A stretch of DNA of 63,769 nucleotides, the filler included, from Reclinomonas americana ATCC 50394 (taxonomy: Eukaryota): the NCBI GenBank assembly GCA_048213135.1. It is 6 parts of 4 records of this genome, joined end to end, with 100 filler letters (N's around TTAATTAATTAA, not from the genome) between each part and the next. Parts side by side here need not be neighbours in the genome. Positions count along the whole stretch, not along the records: positions 1 to 15,891 come from PS015255.1; positions 15,992 to 19,698 come from PS015257.1; positions 19,799 to 31,519 come from PS015257.1; 3 more parts are not named here. One strand, written 5' to 3'. Position numbers and translations under genes: made by a program. The notes below the pieces were generated by a model. The model had not been told where the DNA came from and did no database searches. It saw nothing but the letters and a program-made list of their open reading frames with translations. This document shows positions 11,701 to 22,724 of the stretch, in pieces. Numbering within the stretch: the stretch's first letter is position 1; the number at the start of each line of letters is the position of its first letter.

Positions 11701-14700
11701 CGGCGATACTCTCAGCTTACCATCACGCAGAAGCGGATCTGTCTCCGGGCTGACGGTACAACTGCAGATGAGCCACGTCAACGCCTTGCACACGAGATCG
11801 TAATTCGACGAAGACAGTGAGAGTGGTCCCGCCTCGAGATTGTCGCGCAGCATGAGCAGGTACTGCCGCAAGTGTGTGAATAGCAAGTGAGTCTCCGGTG
11901 AGACAAACGGACGTGATGAATGTGACGACGCAACGCTGTATCGACGCGAGATCAGAAACGAATTGTAGTCGATGTTGCGGGCAGGCATCGGGGTCCACAC
12001 GCTTGCAAAAGTGGCCATGCGCGCGGCGCCGATCTACGCGTCCACGCACACGTGAGAACCGTCAACAAACACGCCACTGTTGTTGGAATATGACGAAACT
12101 CGGACGCGGGCCTCGGGGGGATCCTCGTCTGTGGTGGCCAGCGTGAACGCCGACGGATGCAGTGGTGCCAGCGGCTCGTCGGATTGACCAGTGACCAACA
12201 CTACATCGACAAAATCTCATTCAGCTACACACTGCGTAATTGAGGAGCAACATGAAAAACAGACGCAACCGCGCGATTCCACGTGTTGCAAGAGAACTTG
12301 ATCTCTTGCGTTGAAAATGGACGCTTGTTGAAACATAGTCTGGTGTGCAGTGAGTTCGTGCAACGGGGCCAATCAGAGTGTACACACAACGCACCGCGAG
12401 CTCTCCTCGGCGGAGCGTGAACAAGGCATTGCGGTCGGAACGATCCGGCGTCATGTACGTGCGCACCTGGTATGCCGAGCACGTCAATCCGACCACTGGC
12501 TGGTCGGTCTCTTCTGCAGAGAGATACACCGAGGTGGATCGGTAGCCGAGTGCGTCCATGGGAGCTGCACAAAGGCACACATGGGAAGAGGGAAACGGCA
12601 AGGACATGCGCGGGCAGTCTGACGCACTGGAGCGTGGTTGACAATTGCTCGACTCGTCCGTTTGCTCTCGTGAAGGGGCTGGAAAGAGAACGAAATTACA
12701 AAACCAGTTGCGGGGGCGCTGTCATGTGTTCTTGCGGAAGAAGCAGCAGCAACGTACCGCCTCGCACGTCAAGGGCCAGATACTCGGCACCCACCAGCCG
12801 TCGCAGCCGGAACCGTTCACCATACCTTACAGGTCCACCTGCACACGCCACCACGCACACCCGCGCAACGATCAGAGTTGTAACACGAAAAAACACACAA
12901 TAGACGTATGCGCTCACCGTGCATGGGATTCTCTGCGGTCAGCAAGTAAAAAGACGCCAAGTGTGAGTGGCTTGGAAATTTCACAAGCGGAGGGAGTCGG
13001 CGGTGAGTCAAACCATGCTCGAGTGCCCACAAACCACAGCCGTTGGTGGTGGCAAGGTTAGGCGGGGCACCGACGGCGGCAAGGCGCGTCGAGGTGGGCG
13101 CCCGAACAATGTACACTGCGCGCAAGAAAAAGAGAGAGATTCAGAGAGACACAAAAATATCGTGGACGACAAAAAAATACTGATGAACCTGTGGACTCGC
13201 CCTCGAAAACACTACAACACAGGTGACCAGGAAACGCGTGGCAGTACAGCGTTGTTGGTGGTCCGTAGTGCAGCAGAATAGAGTCCTCTGGCGGCGAGTG
13301 CTTGAAATGCATGAAAAACTTCCAGCCGTCGGAGACTGCCGCCGCACACACTTCGTGCCGAAGGTCGTTGGGAAGGCGAGACGGAGACACGTGCAGGCCG
13401 ACATTGTGCTTGGTGCTTACCAAGTGCACCGTATCCTCCGCACGGACACGATCACCCTCGCATCGACCCGGCGCACCGGGAAGGAGCGTAAACACAGCGC
13501 CGGTGCCAGTTACAGCGCGCATGGCCACTCGGGAGGCATCGCGCCGGGTGACTGCCGCGGTCGAGTTTATCACTGTCAGAAACAGGTTGCTGCGCATGTG
13601 CCGCAGCTGGAAATTGTTTGTCGGTCAACGGACGGCAGAGGGGAGGTGCAAGAGCATATACGCACCATAAGCACGCCCCCGTACACGCAATACCGGCCTC
13701 GCATGCGCGCCTCTTCTTCCTGGTTCATTTTGACTTCTTGCAGGGCGCGGGACTGTGGGGGTGAGGGAGGGAGAGGGAGAGTGAGGGAGAAGGAAGAGGG
13801 AGAGAGAGAGGGAAAGGGAGAGAGTGAGGGAGAGGGAGAGGGAGAGGGAGAGAGTGAGGGAGAGGGAGAGGGAGAGGGAGAGGGAGAGGGAGAGGGAGGA
13901 GGGGGAGGGAAGAGGGANNNNNNNNNNNNNNNNNNNNNNNNNNNNNNNNNNNNNNNNNNNNNNNNNNNNNNNNNNNNNNNNNNNNNNNNNNNNAATTATG
14001 GCCAATGCTAATCGAGGAGAGACAAGGGAAATCGCACTGATGAAGAGAGGAGAGGAGATAAAGATATAGAGAGCGAGGGAGAGAAAGAGAGACTGAGTGC
14101 GGGAGAGAGTAATGGTCCAGGAAGTACGTTAATAAAATGACAAGGAAGAAAGAACACAACTGAGAGGACAGAGGAAAGGCACAGAAAACCGCGTTGACTT
14201 TGACGAAGATCACATGGGAAGCGACAGAAATGACCCACAAAGCAAGGAGAAATCAGGGACATGGGCGAATCGTGCGACAAGAGGCAAAGAGAGAACACAG
14301 TGTACGAAGGGAGAGGAGACCGCCGAGTATTCTGACAACATCTTTCTTTCTATGGACGCACATTCAACGACAGCAACTCCGTTCGATCCTCTGCCGTCAG
14401 GTGTGCGGGCGGCAAGCTGTGCATTCACACCCGTGCGTGTGAGAAAGTGCACGTTTAAACGAGAGGTGGGAAGACGGCTCAACTGTGGGTTGAAAGACTC
14501 GAGTGGCAAGTCCAACAACTGCAGGTGCTGCGCAAAAGCCTTTTGTGCCGCGTACTCGAGTGGTGGCACAATGACAAAAATGCCGTCGGAGACGGTGGCC
14601 GGCAAGTTGGCGAAGCTGTGGGAGTGGTGAGGGGAGGGGAAGGAGGGGGAAGGAGGGGAANNNNNNNNNNNNNNNNNNNNNNNNNNNNNNNNNNNNNNNN

Positions 14701-15766
14701 NNNNNNNNNNNNNNNNNNNNNNNNNNNNNNNNNNNNNNNNNNNNNNNNNNNNNNNNNNNNNNNNNNNNNNNNNNNNNNNNNNNNNNNNNNNNNNNNNNNN
14801 NNNNNNNNNNNNNNNNNNNNNNNNNNNNNNNNNNNNNNNNNNNNNNNNNNNNNNNNNNNNNNNNNNNNNNNNNNNNNNNNNNNNNNNNNNNNNNNNNNNN
14901 NNNNNNNNNNNNNNNNNNNNNNNNNNNNNNNNNNNNNNNNNNNNNNNNNNNNNNNNNNNNNNNNNNNNNNNNNNNNNNNNNNNNNNNNNNNNNNNNNNNN
15001 NNNNNNNNNNNNNNNNNNNNNNNNNNNNNNNNNNNNNNNNNNNNNNNNNNNNNNNNNNNNNNNNNNNNNNNNNNNNNNNNNNNNNNNNNNNNNNNNNNNN
15101 NNNNNNNNNNNNNNNNNNNNNNNNNNNNNNNNNNNNNNNNNNNNNNNNNNNNNNNNNNNNNNNNNNNNNNNNNNNNNNNNNNNNNNNNNNNNNNNNNNNN
15201 NNNNNNNNNNNNNNGAGGAGGAGAAGGAGGAGGAGAAGAAGAAGAAGAAGAAGTAGAAGAAGAAGAAGTAGAAGAAGACAAAGAAGAAGAAGAAGACGAA
15301 GAAACGCAAGAAAGGAGGAGTAGAAGAAGAAGAAGAAGAACAAGATGAAGAAGACGACGACGACGAAGAAGAAGAAGAAGAAGAAGAGGGGGAAGAATGG
15401 GAAGAGCAAGAAGAACCACAAGAACTGGACGTGTCGAAAAAAAGGGAGGAGGAAGCGTGTGTTGGGAGAGACGTGAGAAGTGGGAGGGCGACAGCAGAAA
15501 GCTAAGGGAACAGCAATACCCGAGTGACAGGCCCGTGAAAGCGCGGCGTGAAACACAGACAAACCTGTTGCGCATCACACCGACACTGTCGCTGGAGGCT
15601 CTGCGGGCGCGTTCACGATTGGAAATGAATGAGTGGTCTCTCTCTCACACACAGAGCGGTGGCAGACACACCCTTCGATCAACACCCAGCCCACTGAAGC
15701 CGGATGCCCAATGTACACTCGATCGCCGTACTGCAGGAAGGTCGGTGGCCTCATTTTCACCAGACC
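2762..15766 (-). CDS. ITPR: Inositol 1,4,5-trisphosphate receptor / RyR-family Ca2+ release channel (dozens of exons; an additional 5' exon may lie in the gap)
   Basis: N-terminal FLQYGDRVYI and GIFVIVPPLEYAAQKAF. MIR repeats LRHMRSNLFL and VRYGERFRLRRLVGAEYL. RIH-associated IIRFLRVLCAGRFHPLQEFMRFQ and VEVVRDDRIEE. Pore and TM6 VFFDLVFWAIITVLMLNIFLAQILDTFSALR, zinc finger CYICGL..H...DH, DHSWFP, stop at 2762. Confidence 0.93.
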
Positions 15767-15795
15767 TGCATGATCGACATGAGAGAGTCACACAG

Positions 15796-15860
<65 letters not shown>

Positions 15861-15935
15861 CGACGTACGTACGTACGTACGTACGTACGTANNNNNNNNN
15901 NNNNNNNNNNNNNNNNNNNNNNNNNNNNNNNNNNN

Positions 15936-15947
15936 TTAATTAATTAA
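15936..15947. other. Artificial scaffolding linker TTAATTAATTAA (also 19743-19754, 31564-31575, 55217-55228, 58215-58226)
   Basis: The same 12-mer, with stops in all six frames, is flanked by ~44 N on each side at five places. Confidence 0.95.
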
Positions 15948-15991
15948 NNNNNNNNNNNNNNNNNNNNNNNNNNNNNNNNNNNNNNNNNNNN

Positions 15992-17793
15992 CTGCAAGTG
16001 CGCTCGGTCATCGGCCTCCAAGCGTAACCGTGGACACCGGCGCACATCGAGTGACCACAGCTGCGGACACCACTCCTGCAGCGAGCCGACCGCAATGTCG
16101 GCCAGCCGCTCGCAGTCGTGGAGACACAGCTCGCGGAGAGCGGGACACACCACCTCGGGTGCACCACCACTCTCCTCTGGTCTCAAGAACGACGCCACAT
16201 TGCTGATGAAAGCGTGATGCGCCACCGACAGGCGCGTGAGAAGCGAATTCGTGCGCAGCACTGCACGCAGTGTGGCCGGTCGCATTCCCGAGCAGAACTC
16301 CAAGTCCAGCACTCGCAGATATCCGGCGTGTGGCTGCCCGCAAAACGGCGTCAAGTCCCGCAAGGCAAAACACCGCGCCAACAGTAATCTCTCCACGCCA
16401 TGCAGTGGTCCGCGCTCGCACACGGGTTGCTCGCTGCCGTCTGCCGCCGTCGCCGACGACGTGTGGTACACGGTGAACGATTTGAGTGCCTGACAGCCGG
16501 CCAGCGACACGGAGCGCAGTGTGGGCCCGGAAGCAGGCACCGTCAGGTGCACCTCCGTTAGCGAGTCACAGTTGGAGAGCTCCAGCACGCGAAGAGGCAG
16601 ACATGGCGACACCAGGCTGCGCTCGTCGTCCAGCGACGGGCCAAACACAGTGGCGGGGATTTGCTCAATGTATGGACATTGCGTGACGTGCAGGTGGCGC
16701 AGGCCGGTGCACTGTCGAACACCTGTGTGTGTGCGAGTGTGGTGTGTGAGACGGGGGTGATGAGGGAGAAAGTACGAAGTCGGGGCCCAACGCAGACCTT
16801 CGAGCGACTGAAGTCGCGTGAGGAACGCCAGGCGCAGCTCGTGGAGATGCGGCACTTTGCCGAGGAAGCTGAGGTCGCGAATGCGCGGCAGCTGCTTCAG
16901 GGAGAGCATGTGCAGGGTGCGATGTGGGAACGCCAGTCCGTGCAGCGACGCCGTGGTGAGCTTGCGACAGTCCTCCAGCTTGAGTGTGTGCAGCGCCAGG
17001 CACGCCGACACGGCACGCACGTCTTCCAGGTTGCCGCAGCGCACGAGCTTCAACTCGTGCAGATGCTGTGGAGATTGCACATGTGAGAAGCAGGGTCTTT
17101 TCAGGCGTGCAGATGATAGCCGTCGCAACTGGCAATGCCGACAACGAGACATCCAAGTGACGAATGCTATCACAATCAATGATGCACAGGCTCGTCAGCG
17201 AGCGCCACCGCTGCTGCGTGTCGGAGGGTGCATGTCCCTGAAACCCGGCGCACAACAGCACCGACTTGGTCAACGTGAAGCTGTGCGCTCCCGGAAAGAG
17301 GCGTGCAGCGACAGTGAGGTCCGTGGTGGCCACATTGTCGAGCATCACCTTGGCGCACGACGGCAGCTGCAGTTGCTCCTCCCACAATCCACACGAACCC
17401 TGTGTGCGCACGACACCGCATTGAGTGCGTCGCCCTCGCAACATCTCTCTTCTAACCAAGCACGCACCACCGTGATGCGCAAATTGCGCAGTCGCGTGAG
17501 CGACTTGAGCGGCGACAAGTCGGTGAGCAGCGGGCAGCCGAGACAGCTCAGCTCGTGCAAGTTTGCCGCGCACGCCTGCACTCCCTCCAGCGACGACAGT
17601 TGCGCGCAGTAATCGAGCTGCAGCACGCGCAGCTCGGGCGGCAAGCGCAGGCACACTTGTATGACGTTGGAGTGGCGCAGGTGCACGCGGCGGAGGTTGT
17701 CGAACCTGGCGGAAGGGGGAGGGGGAGGGGGAAGGGGAAGGGGGATGGGTGAGGCTGGGAGGGGGAGGGAGGGGGAAAGGGGAAGGGTGAGAA

Positions 17794-17826
<33 letters not shown>

Positions 17827-19373
17827 CGAGTCGGGAGGAATGGGGGAGAGAGGAACTGATGTCAAGAAGATAGAGATGACAGAAGAATGCGAGCAGACAC
17901 AAGCAGGGAGGAAGCGAGAATGCAAAAGAGTACAGGCGAGAACGGTGATAGCGTGCCAAGCGCAGAGACAAAGTCAGCAAGACGGCGACAGAAGGAAGTC
18001 ACAGGGAGAGAGAGAGAGAGAGACCGAGATGCAGTGCGAGAATGGAGAATAGTGCCAAGCGCAGAGACAAGACTGCGACACAACAAACGAAACACGATGA
18101 GAGGAACAAAAGGGAGAGCGAAAGAGAACGAAAGAGCACAGTGCGTGAACGACGCAGAGCAATGCCAACCGGAGAGACAAGTCAGCAAGGCGACGAGAGA
18201 AGGAAGTCACAGGGAGAGAGAGAGAGAGAGACAAACAGTGCGTGAGTGCGCGTGTGCGCAGAAGCCTAAGAGAACGGAGAACGCAGTACGAGAATGGGGA
18301 TACAATGCTACCTAGTGCAGAAGAGAGGCAAAGCAGCGCGAGAATGGAGCATAATGACAAGCGCAGAGACAAGTCAGCAAGGCGACGTGAGAAGGAATTC
18401 ACAGGGAGGGCAGCTGCACAGAGAGAGAGAGAGAGTGCGAATGCGTGAGCGTGTGTGCGCAGAAGACAAAGAGAAGGGAGAAACGCAGTGCGAGAACGGG
18501 ACAGAAAGATGCCAAGTGCAGAGACAAGACTGCAACGCAGCAAGAGAAGCACGATGAGAGGAACTAAGAGAGAGCGAAAGAGAACGTAAGAACACAGTGT
18601 GAGAATGGGGGCAGAATAATGCCAGTTGCAGAGACAAGACTGCAAGGCGCGAGAAAAGAAAGGCACAGGCAACAGGAAGAGAGAACAGGAAGAGAATGCA
18701 GTGCTACAATGGAGACAGTGTAACGCCAAGCGCAGATACAAGACTGCAGCGCGGCGAGAGAAGGAAGGAGAGGAAACCAAAAGAGAGAGAGAGAATTACA
18801 AGCAGATCCTTTGACAGCAACACACCTCGACATGACATCCCACACCAGCTCATCGCCTCCATTCGCCAACCGCAACGGCTTGGTCATATCGTGCCTAAAC
18901 GTCACACACGAGCCGGCACGCACCACCACCCGATACGAATACACCGACCGGGAACACTCACACCATCGAAACAGCGCAATGCTGGGCAACAAAAACAATC
19001 AAATCATAGAAAATGAATTTGACCATCATAACACGAAACCAAAAGCTCACTCACTCACACACTGACACGCATAGACGCATCGACGCACAACGAGACTGCC
19101 TACTGCTCAGATATGCTCAGTTGTGCTCAATCAACACACACACACAGTTTCTGCACCTCTCTTCTCTTGCTGCTCTCTCTGTCTCTCTCACACACTCTCT
19201 CACCGGCATGTCTGCGCCAACTGCGCAGCACTGTGCGCGTCCAAGAACGCAAACACTGCCGACCAAATTACCGCGCTCGCGTCTCCTTCCCGCGCTTCTG
19301 CTTGTCCCTCTGCGCCGCCTCTCCTCTCACTGGAGGCGGCTACAGTCGCCGACTCAATCGCGCGGATTAACAT
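15992..19373 (-). CDS. F-box/leucine-rich repeat protein (3' end truncated by gap)
   Basis: Exon 1 MLIRAIE...VIWSAVFAFLDAHSAAQLAQTCR is F-box-like. Many Cys-containing LRRs follow, e.g. LRVLELSNCDSLT, LRSVSLAGCQAL, LRELCLHDCERLAD. Confidence 0.85.
17860..18790. repeat. Degenerate intronic tandem repeat
   Basis: Core gtgccaagcgcagagacaa and gcagtgcgagaatgg recur about 7 times inside an intron of the F-box/LRR gene. Confidence 0.85.
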
Positions 19374-19547
19374 GCGCCCCCTCCTGAAGTGAGCGCGCGC
19401 GCGTGTGTGACAAACAAAGTGGCTCGCGGCGCATTGTCCGCGTTACGCGCCAAATCGAGGCAAACCTTTGCGCAATGGCGAGTTGAACTCACTTTTGTGT
19501 GCGGTGTTTTCTCTCTCTTTCTTCTTACATTATGTGTGTGCGCGTGT

Positions 19548-22500
19548 ATGCAGCCGCCACGAGGACAGAAGCGTCGTCTTGTTGCGTTGTTGTCTGTTTG
19601 TGTGTGTGTGTGCGTCACTCAACTTTTCTCACACTGACACACACACGCGCATCTGTGTGTAGGAGAGTGACGAGGAAGAGGAGGAGCGCGATGTGCAGNN
19701 NNNNNNNNNNNNNNNNNNNNNNNNNNNNNNNNNNNNNNNNNNTTAATTAATTAANNNNNNNNNNNNNNNNNNNNNNNNNNNNNNNNNNNNNNNNNNNNTT
19801 GCCACCCTTGCGCACCGGCGCCGCCGCCTCCTCCTCCTCAGACTCATCTTCTTCAGACTCCGACTCGCTCTCCATCGCCTTCTCCTTCTTCATCGACGCC
19901 GCCGCTTTGCCTTTCTTCGCGCTTCCGTTGCGCGCGGCAGGCGACTCGGCAGCAGCAGCAGCAGCAGCAGCACCGCGCTTGGCCGCACGTTGAGACTGCA
20001 TTTACACATTGTGAGTGTGCAAGAGACAACAACAGCGAGTGAATGTGGTGCAAATGCGCGCTCACCGGCTTGCGCTTCTCCACCGGNNNNNNNNNNNNNN
20101 NNNNNNNNNNNNNNNNNNNNNNNNNNNNNNNNNNNNNNNNNNNNNNNNNNNNNNNNNNNNNNNNNNNNNNNNNNNNNNNNNNNNNNNNNNNNNNNNNNNN
20201 NNNNNNNNNNNNNNNNNNNNNNNNNNNNNNNNNNNNNNNNNNNNNNNNNNNNNNNNNNNNNNNNNNNNNNNNNNNNNNNNNNNNNNNNNNNNNNNNNNNN
20301 NNNNNNNNNNNNNNNNNNNNNNNNNNNNNNNNNNNNNNNNNNNNNNNNNNNNNNNNNNNNNNNNNNNNNNNNNNNNNNNNNNNNNNNNNNNNNNNNNNNN
20401 NNNNNNNNNNNNNNNNNNNNNNNNNNNNNNNNNNNNNNNNNNNNNNNNNNNNNNNNNNNNNNNNNNNNNNNNNNNNNNNNNNNNNNNNNNNNNNNNNNNN
20501 NNNNNNNNNNNNNNNNNNNNNNNNNNNNNNNNNNNNNNNNNNNNNNNNNNNNNNNNNNNNNNNNNNNNNNNNNNNNNNNNNNNNNNNNNNNNNNNNNNNN
20601 NNNNNNNNNNNNNNNNNNNNNNNNNNNNNNNNNNNNNNNNNNNNNNNNNNNNNNNNNNNNNNNNNNNNNNNNNNNNNNNNNNNNNNNNNNNNNNNNNNNN
20701 NNNNNNNNNNNNNNNNNNNNNNNNNNNNNNNNNNNNNNNNNNNNNNNNNNNNNNNNNNNNNNNNNNNNNNNNNNNNNNNNNNNNNNNNNNNNNNNNNNNN
20801 GGCGGCGAAGGTGGGCAAGAAGGCCGGCAAGGCGGGCAAGCGTGGTTCGGCGGCGGCTGCGGCGGCGGAGGCGGAGGAGGACAGTGAGAGTGAGTATGAG
20901 GAGGCGGCGGGTTCGCAGGCGAAGCGCAAGGAGGGTGCGGCGGCGGGTTCAGATGCGGATTCCGATGATGCGCTGGATATGGTGGGTGGAGGGAAAGAGG
21001 GAGGGGAGGGGAGGGGAGGGGAGGGGAGGGGAGGGGAGGGAGGGAGGGAGGGAGGGAGGGAGGGCAAAGAGAAAGAGATGAGAAGGGAGAGCACAAAGAG
21101 GGAGATTGCATGCATGCTTGTGTGTCTGCCTTCATGTTGTTGAGAGAGAGTGCGAGAGAGCACAAAGAGCATCTGTGTTGGCAGAGGCAGAGGGAGGGAG
21201 GGAGAGTGACACCAGAGAGAGAAAGAGAGAGAGAGAGCATGCTTTTGTAGTGTGCCTTCATTGTGCTGGGAGAGAGTGTGAGAGAGCACGAAAGAATATC
21301 TGTGTTGGCAGAGGAGGAGGGAGGGATGGAGGGAGAGTGCTTGTGCAGTCTGCCTTCATTGTGTTGGGAGAGAGCACGAAAGTATATCTATGGTGCAGAG
21401 GGATAAGGAGGCAGAGAGAGAAAGAGAAAGAGAGAGCGAGAGATTGAGAGAGAGCATCTCCGTTTCTGTTGCTCTCGGGCATCGCTGTTTCTCAGTGTCT
21501 GTCATTCTCGTTCTTTCTTGTGCTATTCTGTATCCGGTACCAGTTCTCACGGCATCTTGTATGTCTTCATACTGTTCCCCTTGTGTGTGAGAAAGAACTT
21601 CTGTATTACATGGTCTCATCTGCCAGTCCCTCTGTGCAGTCGGAGAGCGACCTGAGCCGCGATGTGGCGCGCTATTTGGTGACTGCGTTCGGCAAGTCAG
21701 GCGCACGACGACCCATCGACTGGCAGACCATTCGCAAGGACGTGATTCAGCCGGTGACTACCCGTCGCACCAGTGCCAAGAAGATCATGCAACTCGTGCG
21801 CTACAAGCTGCGCGAGATCTTTGGCTATGATGTGATCGAAGTGGCTGGTTGCGTCATGTGCTGCTCTCTGACAACACACAGCTCCCTCACTTTTCGCCAA
21901 CTCGCAGCCAACAAGTACATTCTGGAGCTGTACAGGCCGCCTGGCTCGCAGGCGGACGAGTGGAAGGCGCGCGTGCAGGAGGTTTACAGGTATGCTGGCG
22001 GTGTTGCTGCGCGTTGCGAGTTGGCGTGATGAGCAGTGCTCACGTGGACTGCACAGTGAGGCGTACACGCGCGAGGAGTTCTCGCAGCTCGGCTTGCTGC
22101 ATGTGGTTCTCTCGCTCATTTTCGTGTCGCCGAGCAAGAAGCTGGAGGAGAAGACACTGGAAGCACGTTTCGTGAAGATGATGAAGAGGTTGTTGTTCGT
22201 TTTGGCTGACAAGCTTACTTGACGCAGCCACGCTGCTGCATCGTCTCTCGCATGCCTTCCGATTGGAGGTCAACGACTTGCCAAGTGCCGGCTTTGGCAA
22301 CACATACAAGACGGTGAAGGACCTCATTGAGAAGAAATTCGTGCCGGAGGGGTGCGTCAACCATGCCACACGCACACTCCCGACACACAGCTATTTCATA
22401 CAACGCGGCGCAGGTACATTAGCATGCGCGAGGAAGAAGGTGACGGCAAGAAGGAGAGCGTGTACTCGTTTGGTCGGCGCTTCTTTGTCGCCGAGTCGAC

Positions 22501-22674
22501 GCTGCCGGTTGACATCAAGGATTACGTTACCGCGCACTCGGTACGTGCTGCTTGGGTTGCACCGCACGCTGTGTTTTTCATGCAATCTAACACGCGCATG
22601 CGTCTCCGCAGGGCAAGAAAGCAGAGCAGGGCGGTCCCAAGCGTTCGGCTGCGGCGGCCGCATCGGCAGAGTAA
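19548..22674 (+). CDS. NSMCE3: NSE3/MAGE-domain protein (SMC5/6 subunit-like) with acidic/basic N-terminus; contig 19799-20086 is inverted
   Basis: MQPPRGQKRRL|ESDEEEE...DDALDM|SESDLSRDVARYLV...RPIDWQTIRKDV...VRYKLREIFGYDVIEV...GLLHVVLSLIFV...KDLIEKKFVPEGYI...YSFGRR matches the MAGE winged-helix motifs. Confidence 0.8.
21100..21400. repeat. Intronic tandem repeat, ~130 bp unit, ~2.5 copies
   Basis: tgccttcat...gagagagcac.aa..a..atct.tg.tggcagagg is repeated in an NSE3 intron. Confidence 0.75.
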
Positions 22675-22724
22675 GTGATGGGTGTGGCTTGTCCGCGTAA
22701 TGTACACACGGAAAAAATGTGGTT

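Noticed and set aside
2762-15766. Stop-codon reassignment explaining the fragmented ORFs
   Set aside because: In the regions I reconstructed, stops fall inside introns, and TAA, TAG and TGA all terminate genes in this window.
15936-15947. Recurrent palindromic TTAATTAATTAA as a biological element
   Set aside because: Embedded in fixed-length N runs; an artificial linker.
19799-20086. Programmed gene scrambling or inversion
   Set aside because: Both breakpoints coincide with assembly gaps and show no pointer or inverted repeats.
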